Virus record (IMG/VR): IMGVR_UViG_3300030111_000059
DNA: 6,757 nucleotides
Strand: one strand, 5' to 3'
Source: a virus
Every line of letters starts with the position of its first letter. Within the stretch, counting starts at the first letter, position 1. A program made the position numbers and the translations under genes. Below the pieces are notes generated by a model. That model worked only from the letters and a program-made list of their open reading frames with translations. It searched no databases and was not told the DNA's origin. Below are positions 4,843 through 6,757 of the stretch, one piece after another.

Positions 4843-4862
4843 ACGTCAAGTGCACTTGACGT
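4843..4862. promoter_or_regulatory. Perfect 20-bp palindrome ACGTCAAGTGCACTTGACGT, candidate operator in the divergent gap between the HTH gene and the structural operon
   Basis: I checked the reverse complement by hand and it is identical. Each half carries a TTGACG (-35-like) hexamer facing outward. It lies in the 85-bp gap between the minus-strand ATG (4807) and the plus-strand ATG (4893). Confidence 0.6.
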
Positions 4863-4892
4863 AAAGTAGCCTTAACTATTGCGGGAGTCAAC

Positions 4893-5270
4893 ATGCACGA
4901 AAAGAGCCCACCAACCACCGTCGAGTGGTTGGATTTGGTGAAGGAGCGTTGCGGGGTCCGGAGTGACTACAAACTGGCCGAGCTACTGGGCGTCACACGC
5001 CAAGCAATCAGCCAGCAGAGAGCGGGAAAGCAGTGCATGTCGATCATCTCAGCAGTGCGAGTTGCAGAGGCGCTGAGGCTGCCTTCGCAGGCCGTGATTG
5101 CTGGCGTGATGTACTACGGAGACCGGGAGACGAATCGCGGATTTTGGGCGGATCGATGGGCCCGTGCATGGCCAGCAGTTCAAAGACGAATCGGGCAACC
5201 GCCTCATGGCCACCAGTCTCAGCCAATCGGAGCAGAACAGCGCGCGCCTGATATGGCTGGCGAAGGATGA
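4893..5270 (+). CDS. XRE/Cro-CI-type helix-turn-helix transcriptional regulator (125 aa), candidate phage repressor
   Basis: ATG at 4893 is preceded by GGGAG with a 5-nt spacer. SDYKLAELLGVTRQAISQQRAGK is a classic HTH (helix, G-V-T turn, recognition helix QAISQ). It is the only plus-strand gene. Its 3' 227 nt overlap the 3' end of rep. Confidence 0.72.
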   Translation: MHEKSPPTTVEWLDLVKERCGVRSDYKLAELLGVTRQAISQQRAGKQCMSIISAVRVAEALRLPSQAVIAGVMYYGDRETNRGFWADRWARAWPAVQRRIGQPPHGHQSQPIGAEQRAPDMAGEG

Positions 5271-6414
5271 TCCGCCACTGATCGCGAGTGACCTGCGAGA
5301 CGCGCAGAGCGGTGGCAATCTCCTCCTGGTTGATTTCCTCATCGGTCTGGTCCGCGATCTGGAAAAGCGCCTTAAGGCCGGGCGTCCACCGAAGCTGGTT
5401 ATAGCCCTTGAATGCCGCCGAGAACTCGGCAAACAGAGCGCCGGAACGGGCATCGCCTTCGGCGTAAGAGCGCAGCAAATCGAACGGCGTGCGACCCTTG
5501 CCAGTCCCGCGCTTGGAGTTCGCCTTCGTTACTTCGCTGGCCGCTTCCCATCGGGGTTCGGTGCCCCACTTGGCGACATACTCCGCAGCCGACTCGGCCT
5601 GCTGAATGTGCACGCCACGCTCCCTGGACGGAGCCGGAAGACCAGCAGCAACCGACGAGGTTTTCCAGACGGCAAACAGCAGGCGATGAAGCATGGCGCG
5701 CTGGCGAACCGTCAGCGGCTCGGGGAAAAGCCAGAGTTCGTGGAAGTGTGGGTGCCAGCCATTGGCGTTACCGTGCGTTACCTCTAAGGCCCGGATCGAA
5801 CCCACCACGTCGAACAACTCGCGAAGGTGCTTGTAGTCGCGATGCTCGCGCATTTTCTTGGTCGCTACACGGAGCTTGCCCATAAGCTCGGAAAGCACAT
5901 CCATGCGCGCATGGCGCACAGTGAGCGTGACCATTTCGACCCCGCCACCGGCTGAAATGTGCGTGTCGATTGCCTGACGCACTTCCAGTTTGCGACGTTC
6001 CGAGATTTTGGCGGAGCAGATCGGGCAGGACCAGACAGAGGAGCAGGTCTGGAGCCCCGAGTAGTGAGCCTTGCCGGTGGCGGAGTCCTTCAGGATGCCG
6101 ACATAGCCGTCCTTGTTCGTGAGCGTCCGAATGCAGTGCCTGACGCGATGATCTGGCAGGAGCCGCCGAGCGGCGTCCTGGAGCGAAAAACGCGCTTCGC
6201 GGGCCTGTTCTGGCGTGAACTCGGGTACAAACTCACGACGCTTGTTGTCGAACGTAAACCGTTGAATTTCCCCGGTTTTCTGGTCGACAACCTCCTTAAT
6301 TCTGGCCGCGAATTTCGCAGTAGTAACAAGGGCGCCTCCGGCGGCCCGCGCTTCGCTTGCGGGCCCGCCCGGATGCGCCTTTCGCGCCTGGGCGCTTTCT
6401 GTTATAGAATCCAC
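5044..6414 (-). CDS. Rolling-circle replication initiator, HUH endonuclease superfamily (456 aa)
   Basis: HUH motif HPHFHELW (5731..5754). Candidate catalytic Tyr motif AAEYVAKW (Y279 at 5578..5580). Cys cluster CSSVWSCPICSAK (C124-C133 at 6016..6045). The motif order resembles pC194/pUB110/pIJ101-type Rep proteins. GTG start at 6414 is preceded by GAGG with a 7-nt spacer. It is the first gene after the intergenic region, as in Ff gene II. Confidence 0.85.
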   Translation of the reverse strand: MDSITESAQARKAHPGGPASEARAAGGALVTTAKFAARIKEVVDQKTGEIQRFTFDNKRREFVPEFTPEQAREARFSLQDAARRLLPDHRVRHCIRTLTNKDGYVGILKDSATGKAHYSGLQTCSSVWSCPICSAKISERRKLEVRQAIDTHISAGGGVEMVTLTVRHARMDVLSELMGKLRVATKKMREHRDYKHLRELFDVVGSIRALEVTHGNANGWHPHFHELWLFPEPLTVRQRAMLHRLLFAVWKTSSVAAGLPAPSRERGVHIQQAESAAEYVAKWGTEPRWEAASEVTKANSKRGTGKGRTPFDLLRSYAEGDARSGALFAEFSAAFKGYNQLRWTPGLKALFQIADQTDEEINQEEIATALRVSQVTRDQWRIILRQPYQARAVLLRLAETGGHEAVARFVFELLAMHGPIDPPKIRDSSPGLRSTSRQQSRPAKAASAPLQLALLR

Positions 6415-6436
6415 TTCAGGACCTCGACCGTCCGAG

Positions 6437-6487
6437 CCCCGCGAATCGTTTAGCCGGCAAGCAAACGAGCAATTCGCGGGGTTTTTT
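6437..6487 (+). terminator. Plus-strand intrinsic-terminator-like hairpin plus T6 tract, 23 nt beyond the rep start codon
   Basis: CCCCGCGAAT (6437..6446) pairs with ATTCGCGGGG (6472..6481). An inner CGTTT/AAACG helix follows, then TTTTTT at 6482..6487. On the minus strand the same hairpin would sit in the rep leader, preceded by an A-run. Confidence 0.55.
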
Positions 6488-6506
6488 ATTGCCTTGCCGT
6501 CAAGCG

Positions 6507-6535
6507 ATCTTAACGGCTCCGTGTCGCCTATCCAA
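6507..6535 (-). promoter_or_regulatory. Weak candidate rep promoter
   Basis: Minus-strand reading: TTGGAT (6535..6530), a 17-nt spacer, then TAAGAT (6512..6507). The match to consensus is only moderate, at 3/6 and 4/6. Confidence 0.25.
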
Positions 6536-6538
6536 CAC

Positions 6539-6555
6539 CAAGGGCTTTGCCCTTG
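6539..6555. other. Small hairpin CAAGGGC-ttt-GCCCTTG
   Basis: 7-bp perfect stem with a 3-nt loop, read directly; intergenic. Confidence 0.4.
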
Positions 6556-6576
6556 TCATCCCACTCTTCGCCAGAG

Positions 6577-6619
6577 GGTCAGAGGGCAGGGGAGAAAAGC
6601 TTTCCCCTGCCCTATGACC
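6577..6619. other. Strongest hairpin of the intergenic region (about 18 bp); candidate packaging signal or origin stem-loop
   Basis: AGGGCAGGGGAGA (6583..6595) pairs with TTTCCCCTGCCCT (6601..6613), giving 13 bp with one G-T and loop aaagc. After one mismatch it is extended by GGTCA (6577..6581) pairing with TGACC (6615..6619). Confidence 0.5.
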
Positions 6620-6667
6620 TAAGCTTGATCTGGTCGGAGGAGGGTCAAGGGTCGGCGCAAGCGCCTC

Positions 6668-6757
6668 AAATCCTCACCCGTTCGTTTTTTTCGCGATGAA
6701 GCGAGCGAAAAAAGCCGCTGCGGCTTGCGGTTTGCCCCCTGACCAAGGGAGAAATCA
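6668..6757. repeat. Direct terminal repeat, copy 2 (identical to 1..90)
   Basis: See copy 1; exact 90/90 identity. Confidence 0.95.

Larger units (their letters stand above)
6415..6667. other. Non-coding intergenic region, part A (with 1..200 gives ~453 bp); candidate origin, packaging-signal and rep-promoter region
   Basis: No credible ORF and a dense set of hairpins and short repeats. Its position between the last gene and rep matches the Ff intergenic region. Confidence 0.7.

Noticed and set aside
4379-4864. 161-aa plus-strand ORF antisense to the ssDNA-binding, 32-aa and 90-aa genes
   Set aside because: It spans three tightly coupled minus-strand genes. Its R/G/Q-rich translation has no motif.
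5164-6453. Plus-strand ORFs of 207, 157 and 164 aa antisense to rep (5164..5787, 5412..5885, 5959..6453)
   Set aside because: All are antisense or alternative frames of the motif-bearing Rep gene. Their translations are R/P/G/A-rich and low in complexity, with no RBS. They are best explained by GC-rich codon bias keeping antisense frames open.
1-6757. Search for CRISPR arrays, tRNA/rRNA genes, transposase or IS ends
   Set aside because: There are no regularly spaced repeat-spacer units, no cloverleaf-compatible segments in the non-coding DNA, and no unassigned ORF large enough for a transposase.

Overview
The window appears to be one complete circular genome of a small filamentous ssDNA phage (inovirus-like). 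Bases 1-90 are repeated exactly at 6668-6757, so the unit length is 6,667 bp and the window ends are an assembly or linearisation overlap.

Twelve of thirteen supported genes lie on the minus strand in the canonical inovirus order:
- rolling-circle Rep (HUH type)
- putative ssDNA-binding protein
- 32-aa hydrophobic micro-ORF, then a 90-aa membrane protein
- 44-aa leaderless major coat protein, followed by a UUCG-loop terminator
- possible 25-aa micro-ORF
- 459-aa Cys-rich pIII-like adsorption protein
- 97-aa pVI-like protein
- 425-aa Zot/pI assembly ATPase

The 44-, 32- and 25-aa ORFs are absent from the supplied ORF track. I read them directly from the sequence.

After zot comes a separately promoted two-gene cassette: a 79-aa ribbon-helix-helix-like protein whose gene overlaps (ATGA) that of a 123-aa basic protein. 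Three copies of the palindrome GTAACGTTAC are associated with it.

The only plus-strand gene encodes an XRE/Cro-type HTH protein wedged between rep and the ssDNA-binding gene. It diverges from a perfect 20-bp palindrome and converges on rep with a 227-nt coding overlap.

A ~453-bp intergenic region (6415..6667 plus 1..200) carries several strong hairpins and short repeats, which are candidates for the origin or packaging signal.

I found no secretin (pIV), integrase, tRNA or CRISPR. Functional calls rest on motifs read by eye and on gene order; no database search was possible.
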